Virus record (IMG/VR): IMGVR_UViG_3300042474_001633
Coordinates: 96,283 to 160,282 of that record
Reading direction: 5' to 3' (one strand)
DNA: 64,000 bases
From: a virus
The notes beneath the pieces are model-generated. The model worked only from the letters and a program-made list of their open reading frames with translations, ran no database searches and was not told the origin of the DNA. Of the stretch, positions 56,146 through 64,000 are shown in pieces. Within the stretch, counting starts at the first letter, position 1; every line of letters starts with the position of its first letter. Both the position numbers and the translations under genes were made by a program.

Positions 56146-56742
56146 CTACATGCCCCAATTAGAAAGCCCGCCTTTTGAATTCTCCATCAGCCATCGAGCA
56201 AACTTTAAATTGCAATCAAGTGTTTTGAGCCCTTGCATGCGATTTTCAATAGCCCACTCACCACACACTTCTGCTACTCGCGAACGCCATGAAGAATTAA
56301 CCTGAAGGAGACCGGTATCGTACGACTTATCACTATTTAGGTGATACGTCATATTTCCATTGGAATCCCACTCCGCGTTCTGCGCCTTGACACGACAGCG
56401 GCTCTCTCTCCATGCAATGTAGGACCATGTCTCAATTGGGAATAACCCATAGTCCGCAAATGCAGCTTCCCATTTCGGACAGCGCTTTTCTGGGTCCTGC
56501 GGAACCTCGTTGCGCTTACCTGTGTGGTCGTTTTTGACTGGAGGATATTTGGGTGATTGCTTGACGGCATCTTGATTGGCTGCCAATAGAGTTTCGACAC
56601 CACCCTCTTTTGCTGCCCAGCCCTCATATACGATGGCTGGACTGTTACCTAGCGGAATTTCGTTCACAGTCGCCGGACTGGGGATTGCTACTCCAATCAT
56701 AAAAATCAATATGGATATGGCATAGCCCTGTAATGTGTTCAA
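56146..56742 (-). CDS. Secreted lytic transglycosylase (SLT-like)
   Basis: Signal peptide; IAWRESRC...DTGLLQVN. Confidence 0.75.
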   Translation of the reverse strand: MNTLQGYAISILIFMIGVAIPSPATVNEIPLGNSPAIVYEGWAAKEGGVETLLAANQDAVKQSPKYPPVKNDHTGKRNEVPQDPEKRCPKWEAAFADYGLFPIETWSYIAWRESRCRVKAQNAEWDSNGNMTYHLNSDKSYDTGLLQVNSSWRSRVAEVCGEWAIENRMQGLKTLDCNLKFARWLMENSKGGLSNWGM

Positions 56743-56942
56743 GTGTTTTCCTTTGGTCGTTGGATAAGACGCGACGGAGGTGGCCCGTCGATTGGTTAGT
56801 TAGTTGCTAACTCCATATATAAATTATACCCCCTTACGTAATGTAATTGTCATTTTTGGGGTGTTTTGGGTCGTTTGTTTACTTGTGAAACCCGCATGGC
56901 TATTGGGTTTCGGTGATGAATAAAAAAATATGCCCACAAATG

Positions 56943-56970
56943 CAAAAACCCACCCCTTTCGGGGTGGGTA
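56943..56970 (-). terminator. Terminator after ssb
   Basis: ACCCACCCC-GAAA-GGGGTGGGT-TTTT on the minus strand. Confidence 0.75.
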
Positions 56971-56988
56971 ATGCAGGATTGGAACCTA

Positions 56989-57468
56989 CTAGAACGGTTC
57001 TTCTTCCAACTGCTCTTGGGTTGTATTGCGAACTGGCAGCTTTGGCTTTACTGCAGCTGGGCGTGTTGCTGTCTTGGTTGCCGTTGACGCAACAGAAGTT
57101 TCCCCCTGGCTGCCGCCTTTTCGTCGTTCAAACGAATCGACAGAAATGAGCCCTAGTCCAATTTGGTTTGCGGTCACAACATAGGTGTTGCGCTTTTCTC
57201 CGGTCTCTTTGTCGTCCCAAGTCTTCTGTTCGATGAGACCCTTGACTGTAACGCGAACTCCCTTTGTCAAAACACGAACCACATCTTCAGCAAGGTATTT
57301 CCATGCTTCTACTTTGAAGTAGCTGGTTTGTTCTTTCTTCTCTCCGTTTGCGTCATTCCAGACGCGATTTACCGCGACCGAAAATTCAGCTTTTGCAGTT
57401 CCAGAATCGAAATATCGAATTTCTGGGTCTGCGGTCAAATTACCCATAAGGGTGATTTCTGCTGACAT
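56989..57468 (-). CDS. ssb: Single-stranded DNA-binding protein
   Basis: GNLTADPE, FSVAVNR and KG.RV.V.G; acidic EEPF tail. Confidence 0.92.
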   Translation of the reverse strand: MSAEITLMGNLTADPEIRYFDSGTAKAEFSVAVNRVWNDANGEKKEQTSYFKVEAWKYLAEDVVRVLTKGVRVTVKGLIEQKTWDDKETGEKRNTYVVTANQIGLGLISVDSFERRKGGSQGETSVASTATKTATRPAAVKPKLPVRNTTQEQLEEEPF

Positions 57469-57560
57469 TTATTGCTCCTATTCCTCGTTGTTTGTGCCCG
57501 TGGGCTTGGTTATTAAACTATACACAGGTCTTTGGGCTTTTGCAACCCCACTGGTAACCT

Positions 57561-57797
57561 TTGGATATGGCACCAGACGCAAATAACGCTCGCTACCAGG
57601 TTCTAGTCCACATCCAAGAAAACCTCATGGATATGGTGGACGACGGGAAAATTGCTGGAGAAGAGCTGGTGGAACTCAATAATTCCATGGGTGAAATTGC
57701 CGCTGCTGTCCTAGATTGTCTAAGTTTTGAAATCGAAGCTTTAGACGAGAACAAAGCCGCAACAGCGAAAATCAAACTAAAAGACCTACTCGATTAG
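57561..57797 (+). CDS. Hypothetical protein
   Basis: ORF divergent from ssb. Confidence 0.5.
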   Translation: MDMAPDANNARYQVLVHIQENLMDMVDDGKIAGEELVELNNSMGEIAAAVLDCLSFEIEALDENKAATAKIKLKDLLD

Positions 57798-58124
57798 CTA
57801 TTGGGCTAATGCCCAAGCTGAAAAAAATTCGTCAGTGGTTGGGATAACCCAAACTTGACACATGTCGAAACCCATCTGCGGTTCTCCAGTCACTGCCCAC
57901 GCAATCGAAATTTTTGAAGCTGGTTCACACATTCCAACATTGCACTCCAAACCAAAACGGTAGATGAACCATTCAACTATGCACTCTTCGGAATGCTTCC
58001 TGCAATCCGCGTTGGGTTCCTGGTGAGGACATTCGAATCCAACTACTACTAAATCGTTTTTTTCTATGCGCAAGCTGATTGAGTGGCCGTCGTTATTCCA
58101 AACCAATTCTGATTCATTCTGCAT
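57798..58124 (-). CDS. Cys-rich hypothetical protein
   Basis: 108-aa ORF. Confidence 0.6.
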   Translation of the reverse strand: MQNESELVWNNDGHSISLRIEKNDLVVVGFECPHQEPNADCRKHSEECIVEWFIYRFGLECNVGMCEPASKISIAWAVTGEPQMGFDMCQVWVIPTTDEFFSAWALAQ

Positions 58125-58193
58125 TTGGGCTCCCAGATAAATTTAGAATTAGTGACCCATCTCTTGACGCAGTCGCCCTAACTCAATTTTATA

Positions 58194-58595
58194 CTACTTG
58201 GCTTTGAACTCCGTCCAAGTCTTGTCGCCTACTCCGTAGTACTCCCTGGCATAGCCAGACTGGATTATGTCTGTATTTAGACACGCGGTCGTTGGGTCAT
58301 TAATGTTTTCGGACGAGTAAATCTTTGCCAGAATACGCCCGTACTTGTCATTCTTGTCTGGGATTGTGTTTACAAAAACCCACTCGTGATTAGTAAACCA
58401 GTCTTGGGTGAACTGCTTTGCTTTTAAACCAAGGGCTTTTTCCTGCAGGTCTTTTGTTCGAGACTCTGGAGTGTTGACTCCAAATAGACGGACACGAATT
58501 TCATGATGAATTTTAAAACCTAGGTCAATACTTAAATCTACCGTGTCACCGTCAATCACTTTTAGAACCTTTGCTCCGTACCAAAACCTATTCAT
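58194..58595 (-). CDS. Thermonuclease (SNase-like)
   Basis: VIDGDT, RVRLFGVNTPES and DKYGRILA; start adjusted. Confidence 0.88.
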   Translation of the reverse strand: MNRFWYGAKVLKVIDGDTVDLSIDLGFKIHHEIRVRLFGVNTPESRTKDLQEKALGLKAKQFTQDWFTNHEWVFVNTIPDKNDKYGRILAKIYSSENINDPTTACLNTDIIQSGYAREYYGVGDKTWTEFKAK

Positions 58596-58726
58596 GGTTA
58601 ACCCTGTTTTCCTCGACTGTCTCGTCGTCGTTGGTGTCGACAACGTACCGATTGGTGCGCTCATCGAATTTTAGCCATCTTCGAGCTCTGCGCTCGGATA
58701 GATTATTTCCCCCAGAGAGAGGGAGA

Positions 58727-59071
58727 TTAGTTTGACTCGGACAACAACCCATCAGCCGCCTCGCAATGCTTCTTGGCTTTGTCTAGAACAGAAAACCATC
58801 TTGGGTCAATCGTCTCACCAAAATTAGTTAGTTCTCTACATATCTTGTTATATAAACCCTTGTCGCTAAACTCTTTAAATGTCTCCAAGAATTTATCACT
58901 TGAGGTGCTTGTGTGAATATCGTTTGCCGCATAGGGGTGTTTGAACCGGATAAATTCTGCATCCTTCATCGGTACACAAATACTGTAAATCGAGTTCGCG
59001 GCATTAGAGAAAGCTATTTCCTCTGAATTTTTTTCTTCCCTAAGTTGTTTTTTCTTTGGCGGTCCAGCCAT
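58727..59071 (-). CDS. Hypothetical protein
   Basis: GAGG SD. Confidence 0.6.
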   Translation of the reverse strand: MAGPPKKKQLREEKNSEEIAFSNAANSIYSICVPMKDAEFIRFKHPYAANDIHTSTSSDKFLETFKEFSDKGLYNKICRELTNFGETIDPRWFSVLDKAKKHCEAADGLLSESN

Positions 59072-59074
59072 GTT

Positions 59075-59374
59075 CTATTCCTCGCTATCCGGAATACCAT
59101 TGCCGTTTTTATCTTCGGCATTTCTTCCAGTAGATATCATAAGTCCTGCGAGGGTGCCCGTAATGAACGTAGCAACACTTGACAGAACGCCGAAAAACAT
59201 TTTGTCATTTTCCGCTTGTACGCCAATCGGCTGTGTAACAAATACCAACGCCCAAAGAACGCCCACGGTCGTAATTAGAAGCACAAAACCAAGCATGCAA
59301 CCGATAATAAACTTAAGCCTTGCATCAAGTTCTGCCGGTGTCAGTCTTGGGCGATTATTCATTCTGTCTAACAT
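59075..59374 (-). CDS. Two-TM membrane protein
   Basis: Two hydrophobic helices; DKNGNGIPD tail. Confidence 0.65.
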   Translation of the reverse strand: MLDRMNNRPRLTPAELDARLKFIIGCMLGFVLLITTVGVLWALVFVTQPIGVQAENDKMFFGVLSSVATFITGTLAGLMISTGRNAEDKNGNGIPDSEE

Positions 59375-60049
59375 TTACGCACCGAATGCCTTGGTGAATC
59401 CTTCAGGGCAAGTCTTCTTGCATATCAAATCTGAAATAAATGGCGAAACCGCCCATCCGATTGCAAGCCAAACACCTGCTGGCGTTTCCCACGCTTCTGG
59501 GTGTTTCAAACCTTCAGCCAAACAATTTGAAATTATGTTGTCCAATAGTGAGTGGTCAACATTGTTGCTGACTTCGGGTATCATCAAAAATGCATCAGCA
59601 ATTATTTCAGTCATTGCTTTCACCACGACTGCTTTTTCTGCTTTGTCTATTGTTTGTGCTATCACGGATAGAGTGGTAGATGTTGCTAAACCTTCAGGTT
59701 GTTCTGGTCCAAATGCAGCAAGCACCAACCCATTGACTAGCGCAGTTACTGCTAGGTTGCAAGCGTTTGCATCAACCCAGGCGACTGCATCCTTTACGCC
59801 GACTTCTACTCTTTCCCAACCTTCTTCAAGTGCTGGAAGAACATATTTGTTCCATTCCATAGCCAAAATGTCTTCAACCCTATGGTTAACTTCAGGATGG
59901 TCATGGATGTACTTAATTGCCTCAGGAGCAAGTCCCCATGTCTCACAAGTTGAACATGGACCATCGCCACCAAAGCCGTACCATCTCACATAGTCATCGC
60001 TACAATCTGAACGATGATAAACAATCCCGTCGCCATTTTTATCAGCCAT
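59375..60049 (-). CDS. Hypothetical protein
   Basis: AGGAG SD; 224 aa. Confidence 0.65.
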   Translation of the reverse strand: MADKNGDGIVYHRSDCSDDYVRWYGFGGDGPCSTCETWGLAPEAIKYIHDHPEVNHRVEDILAMEWNKYVLPALEEGWERVEVGVKDAVAWVDANACNLAVTALVNGLVLAAFGPEQPEGLATSTTLSVIAQTIDKAEKAVVVKAMTEIIADAFLMIPEVSNNVDHSLLDNIISNCLAEGLKHPEAWETPAGVWLAIGWAVSPFISDLICKKTCPEGFTKAFGA

Positions 60050-60266
60050 TTGAATCTCCTGTGTCTCGTGTAATTTCTATGGTTGTTTCTGTCGGGTCAA
60101 ACCCAAGCAATATTTCGGTGCACATGTTGTCAACTAAACAAATAGGGGGATGACAATTTGGGTCTTCCCAATTCTCTGGGTCCTGACATGAATACCTGTA
60201 GCTTCCGTTATATCCACAAGATGAAGTTACAAGAATTAAAAAAACACTAAAAAAAATCTTTTTCAT
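60042..60266 (-). CDS. Small Cys-rich lipoprotein
   Basis: Lipobox-like TSSC; YRYSCQDP.NW...C.PPIC. Confidence 0.65.
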   Translation of the reverse strand: MKKIFFSVFLILVTSSCGYNGSYRYSCQDPENWEDPNCHPPICLVDNMCTEILLGFDPTETTIEITRDTGDSNG

Positions 60267-60520
60267 TAGTCTTTTGAAATTTTCTTAACCGAATTATCAA
60301 CCTTATTGAAAACACTATTTATCTCGTCAAGACTCAATTTGCCGTCATTCAAGAAGGCTCTAGACAGGCCCTCGACTACGGTTGCTACTCCGGCGATTCC
60401 CGCCATGAATACAGATTTCCAAATTGGAACACCAGCTATTGTGCCGGCACCAACAACACCAAGACCGCTAGCGGCAAAAGTCGCAAATATGCGAAGAACT
60501 ATGTTTTGTAGTTGTTCCAT
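60266..60520 (-). CDS. Holin-like membrane protein
   Basis: Two TM helices, near the endolysin. Confidence 0.6.
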   Translation of the reverse strand: MEQLQNIVLRIFATFAASGLGVVGAGTIAGVPIWKSVFMAGIAGVATVVEGLSRAFLNDGKLSLDEINSVFNKVDNSVKKISKD

Positions 60521-60831
60521 TATTTGCCTTTCGTTTTGTTTGAGCCTTTTTGAAACTCTTGTTCGGCGTGAGTAGCAAGGTGATTAAACAAAACTTCATC
60601 ATGTTGCTCAATCTTGTTAGCTAACCGAGAGATATTTTCACCGAGATTGCTTTCGACCCTGTCGATTGAGCGACCCAGATTCGAGCCGATGTCCTCAACT
60701 CTTTTGACTAATGCATTATGTTCATTGGTGTTGTTTTCCCACTTTTCTTCATCCTTGCGCCCTCGTCGTTCAATAACTGCAACTAGAACTAGGGATGCTG
60801 CACCGATTAGGCCCACAAGAACTTCCATCAC
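60520..60831 (-). CDS. Membrane protein (lysis cassette)
   Basis: N-terminal TM segment plus coiled coil. Confidence 0.6.
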   Translation of the reverse strand: MMEVLVGLIGAASLVLVAVIERRGRKDEEKWENNTNEHNALVKRVEDIGSNLGRSIDRVESNLGENISRLANKIEQHDEVLFNHLATHAEQEFQKGSNKTKGK

Positions 60832-61595
60832 AAACCAAGCAGTTCTCTAACTTTTGGACCAGTCACAGAGTCTGCTGCAAGCTTATTTGCAACTTTGAAT
60901 GCCTTTATTGCTGCGTCTGTTGCGGCATCTTTTTGGCCATTTATTTCCCCCTTATAGAAACCCTTGGCCTTCAATGCCTCTTGCAGCTTCCTAACGTCAT
61001 CTCCACCTGCTGCAGTGGCTGCAGCAGGTGGTCCACCTGCCGGCGCCGTAACTCCGTTAGCGTCCATCCATGCCTTAACAGAAGCTGGAATATTGTCACC
61101 GCTTACGTAGCGAAGATGCCATGGCTCGCTCGGAACAACCTCCCACGAGAAACCAAATTCCTTGACGTTTGCAATCAACCAGTTGAGACGCTTCGGTTCA
61201 GATGCCGAATGAACATCAACGGCCAAACCGAGGTTATGCTGCGATTTACCCGGTGTGGCAAGCATCGCCATGCCCTTCTTGAGATACCAAGTCTTGCCTT
61301 CAAATGTCTTAGTGCTGGTTCCGTCCACTTTGTCAAGTGTGTAGCGGCTCAGAAAACCTTTTTTTTGACTTTCGTAATCGCGATATGTATCGCCGCTGGA
61401 AGTCGGTTTTAGTTCAACGCCTTCAGCCTTGGCCTTCTCCACCATTGCCGTCCATGCAGATGCGGCAATCCAATGCATTTTCCCACCACCAGGGACTGCT
61501 TTCAAAAGATTGGCGGGAAGTTTTCCTGGCTCAACGCCCTTAAGGTCTTTCGGAAGGACTACGGGTACGATGTAATTCCATGCAACTTTGCTCAT
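60828..61595 (-). CDS. Endolysin: M15/VanY-type peptidase plus peptidoglycan-binding domain
   Basis: YR.YESQ, ATPGKSQHNLGLAVD and EPWHLRY; DVRKLQEAL...AIKAF...GP. Confidence 0.85.
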   Translation of the reverse strand: MSKVAWNYIVPVVLPKDLKGVEPGKLPANLLKAVPGGGKMHWIAASAWTAMVEKAKAEGVELKPTSSGDTYRDYESQKKGFLSRYTLDKVDGTSTKTFEGKTWYLKKGMAMLATPGKSQHNLGLAVDVHSASEPKRLNWLIANVKEFGFSWEVVPSEPWHLRYVSGDNIPASVKAWMDANGVTAPAGGPPAAATAAGGDDVRKLQEALKAKGFYKGEINGQKDAATDAAIKAFKVANKLAADSVTGPKVRELLGL

Positions 61596-61667
61596 TTTAG
61601 CTCCAGTACTTTTAGCTAGTTACATAAGTTTATATCAAAAATAACTACACCAAAAGCACTGAAACAA

Positions 61668-63998
61668 TTATTCGTCGTCTGGTTCCTTCATATGCAAGTA
61701 CATTGATGCAGTAAATGCCAAGACCGTTCCCCATAGGGCAATTTGTTGCGTTAATCCAGAGAGGGTGAAGTACATAACCGTGGCACCAGCAAGGGTGAAA
61801 CCAGATGCCATAACTCCGTAAACAAACTTTCTTGTAAAGTTCTTCCAGTCCATAACTCTCACTCCATCCTCATATTTGTAAATAGATATCTGCTTAATCC
61901 AATCTGGGCCTTCGCCTTCGATTGCTCCACCCTCTTCTGTCTCTTCTTCTTCTTTCCGAGCCGCGACATCTTGTCGTGGTGCAGAAGGAGTTGAAGGTCC
62001 AGGGGTTGGTATTCCACCACCAGCAGCAGCCAGAGCCACAGTGCTAGTCACCAAGTTTACCGCAATCACGCTTCGTCTCGTACCAACATCTATAGAAGAA
62101 CCTAATGCGATATACGTATCAAACACACCGGCGAACACATTGATTTCTTCTTCAAATGATTCCTTAACATCGGTTGGGGCTTCGGTGAGCGCCTCTGAAA
62201 TTTCAGCACCAGCCTCTTCGGAAACTTCGGAAACAACTATTGCATTAAACACTGCGGATGCTTGTTCGCCGTCAATGCTTTCAAGAACTTTTGCACTCGT
62301 TGCAAGTTCGGTTGCTTGTCCTGACTCAATGCCACCTTCTTGCTCGATTACCAACGTAACGACTTGTCCGACCTGCTCGCTCGTAATTGTGTCGGATTCC
62401 AACACGTCCACGATTACTCCAACTGACTCGGCATCTAGTTCGTTACCCAATACAGCGGTAAAGGTTTCAATCAAAACCTCAGTGCTTACTTCTTCGTCAA
62501 ATACCGCACCAAGAACAGTGTTCAACAACTCTGAGGTGATTTCGTCCGCCAACACATCAACGATGAGGTCAATTGTTTCCGCATCGGAAAGGTCATCGTC
62601 AAACACGCTGTCAAAAATTGCTTCTGTTTCTGCTTGGCTAAGATTTGTTTCAAGCAAGTCGTCAAGTACGGTCATAGTGTCTGCAACGGAAATGTCCTCG
62701 TCAAATACTGCGTCCATAACTTTGTCTAGGTCGCCAGAACTAAGCGGACCATCAAAGATTGATTCCAAAGCCGTCACCATATTCTCAGCGGAAGTATCCT
62801 CCGAGAATGCTGAATCCAAAACTGCCGTTAACTGTTCGCTAGTGATGTCTGCATCCAGCATCGTTGTTAGTGCTTCGGTGAATACATCTGCTGAAACATC
62901 TTCGGTGAAGACGGCTTCTAGGACATTGTCAAACTGGGTGTCGGTAAGTTCTGCGCCGAGGAGTGTGTCAAGAACAGCGCCAACCTCGTCAGCCTCAATA
63001 TCGGTTGTAAACGTATCCTCAAGAATATCGTCTAATTGACCAGTAGAAATTGTTTCTCCCTCTTCTGGGAGGATAAACTCGTCTGGTGGAATTACTACTA
63101 TTACCGGTTCGGTTTCTGTTGGGTCTATTCCAATTGGTTCTGAGTATTCTGGAATTGTCTCTGTTGGCAATTCGATTTCAGGTTCTGTTTCTACGGGAAG
63201 CGGCACCGTTGTGGATTCTGTTTCAGGCTCTGGGTATTGCGGGAGTGGCACTGTTGTACCGTTTGGGGGAGTCGCGACGACAGGAGCGACGGTCGTACTG
63301 GTCGTAGTTGTAGTAGTAGATAAAGTAGTTGTCGGGTCAAGAACAGTTGCATCAACGGTTACTTCAGGACCATAGGTGCAACTACCAGTTCCGACCCCAA
63401 CACACTGACCGCTCATTGCTTTAATACCGAAACGAACTGGTCCGTATCCAGTCGTGACAGGATTGCTTCCAGAGAACATCCCAGTGCTCAACGAGTAGTT
63501 GGTTCCTTGATTAGTCCAAACTCCCCAACCACCTGATGTTGCTCCACCAATTACGGTTAGGTCGTAAAAACTAACCGCGTAACCGTAGATAGCGGTATTG
63601 CTTGCCGCCGATGCATCCCAATCAAGGTCAACACTGCCATCTGGGTTTGCAACGGCAGTCAAGTTTGTAACTGGATTCAGGTAGGCCGCAGTAATTGTGT
63701 TGTTGGACTCCACATATCCAGAGCCCGAGAAATTATTTGTGTTTAGCGCAGTGACACCAAATGTGTTTCCAGTGGCTGTGGAGAAAGAGTTCGCACTTAC
63801 TCCGTTGTGCACGGAGGAGCCGTTATTCCAGTTGTTAGCAAACTGAATAGCGGTCGTGTTGCCATTGAATGTGTTACCTGAAACCGTTTGGTTGCCAGCA
63901 CCAACCGGCCAAGAGGTGGGAATCCACGATGAGAAGTACACGCCAACACCGTTTGAAGTAAATGTTGAATTCAGAACTTGCTGACGGTTGAGCCCTCC
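61668..63998 (-). CDS. Large membrane-anchored surface protein, 5'-truncated (beta-helix repeats, FN3, Thr/Pro-Glu linker, acidic helical repeats, C-terminal TMs)
   Basis: Frame is open to the window end; PVTNLTAV...VDLDW (FN3-like); ~16-aa acidic repeats; two C-terminal hydrophobic helices. Confidence 0.7.
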   Translation of the reverse strand, partial: GGLNRQQVLNSTFTSNGVGVYFSSWIPTSWPVGAGNQTVSGNTFNGNTTAIQFANNWNNGSSVHNGVSANSFSTATGNTFGVTALNTNNFSGSGYVESNNTITAAYLNPVTNLTAVANPDGSVDLDWDASAASNTAIYGYAVSFYDLTVIGGATSGGWGVWTNQGTNYSLSTGMFSGSNPVTTGYGPVRFGIKAMSGQCVGVGTGSCTYGPEVTVDATVLDPTTTLSTTTTTTSTTVAPVVATPPNGTTVPLPQYPEPETESTTVPLPVETEPEIELPTETIPEYSEPIGIDPTETEPVIVVIPPDEFILPEEGETISTGQLDDILEDTFTTDIEADEVGAVLDTLLGAELTDTQFDNVLEAVFTEDVSADVFTEALTTMLDADITSEQLTAVLDSAFSEDTSAENMVTALESIFDGPLSSGDLDKVMDAVFDEDISVADTMTVLDDLLETNLSQAETEAIFDSVFDDDLSDAETIDLIVDVLADEITSELLNTVLGAVFDEEVSTEVLIETFTAVLGNELDAESVGVIVDVLESDTITSEQVGQVVTLVIEQEGGIESGQATELATSAKVLESIDGEQASAVFNAIVVSEVSEEAGAEISEALTEAPTDVKESFEEEINVFAGVFDTYIALGSSIDVGTRRSVIAVNLVTSTVALAAAGGGIPTPGPSTPSAPRQDVAARKEEEETEEGGAIEGEGPDWIKQISIYKYEDGVRVMDWKNFTRKFVYGVMASGFTLAGATVMYFTLSGLTQQIALWGTVLAFTASMYLHMKEPDDE

Positions 63999-64000
63999 TA

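Noticed and set aside
56960-56990. tRNA-like fragment GCAGGATTGGAACCT
   Set aside because: No cloverleaf; lies between the ssb stop and its terminator
59070-59993. 307-aa plus-strand ORF
   Set aside because: Antisense to two coherent minus-strand genes in the lysis-region operon
60795-61412. 205-aa plus-strand ORF
   Set aside because: Antisense shadow of the endolysin
62041-63039. 332-aa plus-strand ORF
   Set aside because: Ser-rich antisense shadow of the acidic repeat protein

Overview
This is a 64-kb segment of a large tailed dsDNA phage, probably infecting Actinomycetota. The host is inferred from two WhiB regulators, leaderless TTGAC-N17-TANNNT promoters, GTG-N8-CAC and CGAAC-N4-GTTCG boxes, and an actinobacterial-type ferredoxin and MetAP. 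Left arm (1-24.7 kb): the truncated end of a zeta-kinase/ADP-ribosyltransferase-like polyvalent protein, an HK97-type major capsid protein, class II ribonucleotide reductase, thioredoxin, gp88-like, ParB-like, primase-helicase, WhiB, DUF932, MazG, a pyrimidine-dimer glycosylase, PAPS-reductase-like, a SNF2/HARP helicase and two tRNAs. Right arm (45-64 kb): replication-associated genes, a second WhiB, an HslV-like protease, a metallophosphoesterase, a TauD-like oxygenase, thyX, MetAP, ferredoxin, SSB, thermonuclease, a lysis cassette, surface proteins and three tRNAs. The standout is the middle (~24.7-45.2 kb), a putative early region of small self-contained promoter-gene-terminator cassettes. 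It is punctuated by 19 same-strand copies of a 15-bp motif (GACGGTGGBGNATGA) at mostly 660-900 bp spacing, usually preceded ~31-36 bp upstream by CGGGGCT, often at a hairpin apex. Across ~24.8-39.9 kb the cassette DNA almost entirely lacks most 4-bp palindromes (restriction sites). Those same palindromes are packed into short polylinker-like clusters just 5' of many motif copies, and one linker also carries tandem CRP-like boxes and a LexA-like box. This looks like an undescribed, sequence-encoded DNA-entry, anti-restriction or cassette-shuffling architecture; its function is inference. All counts and family calls come from manual reading and motif recognition, not from database searches.
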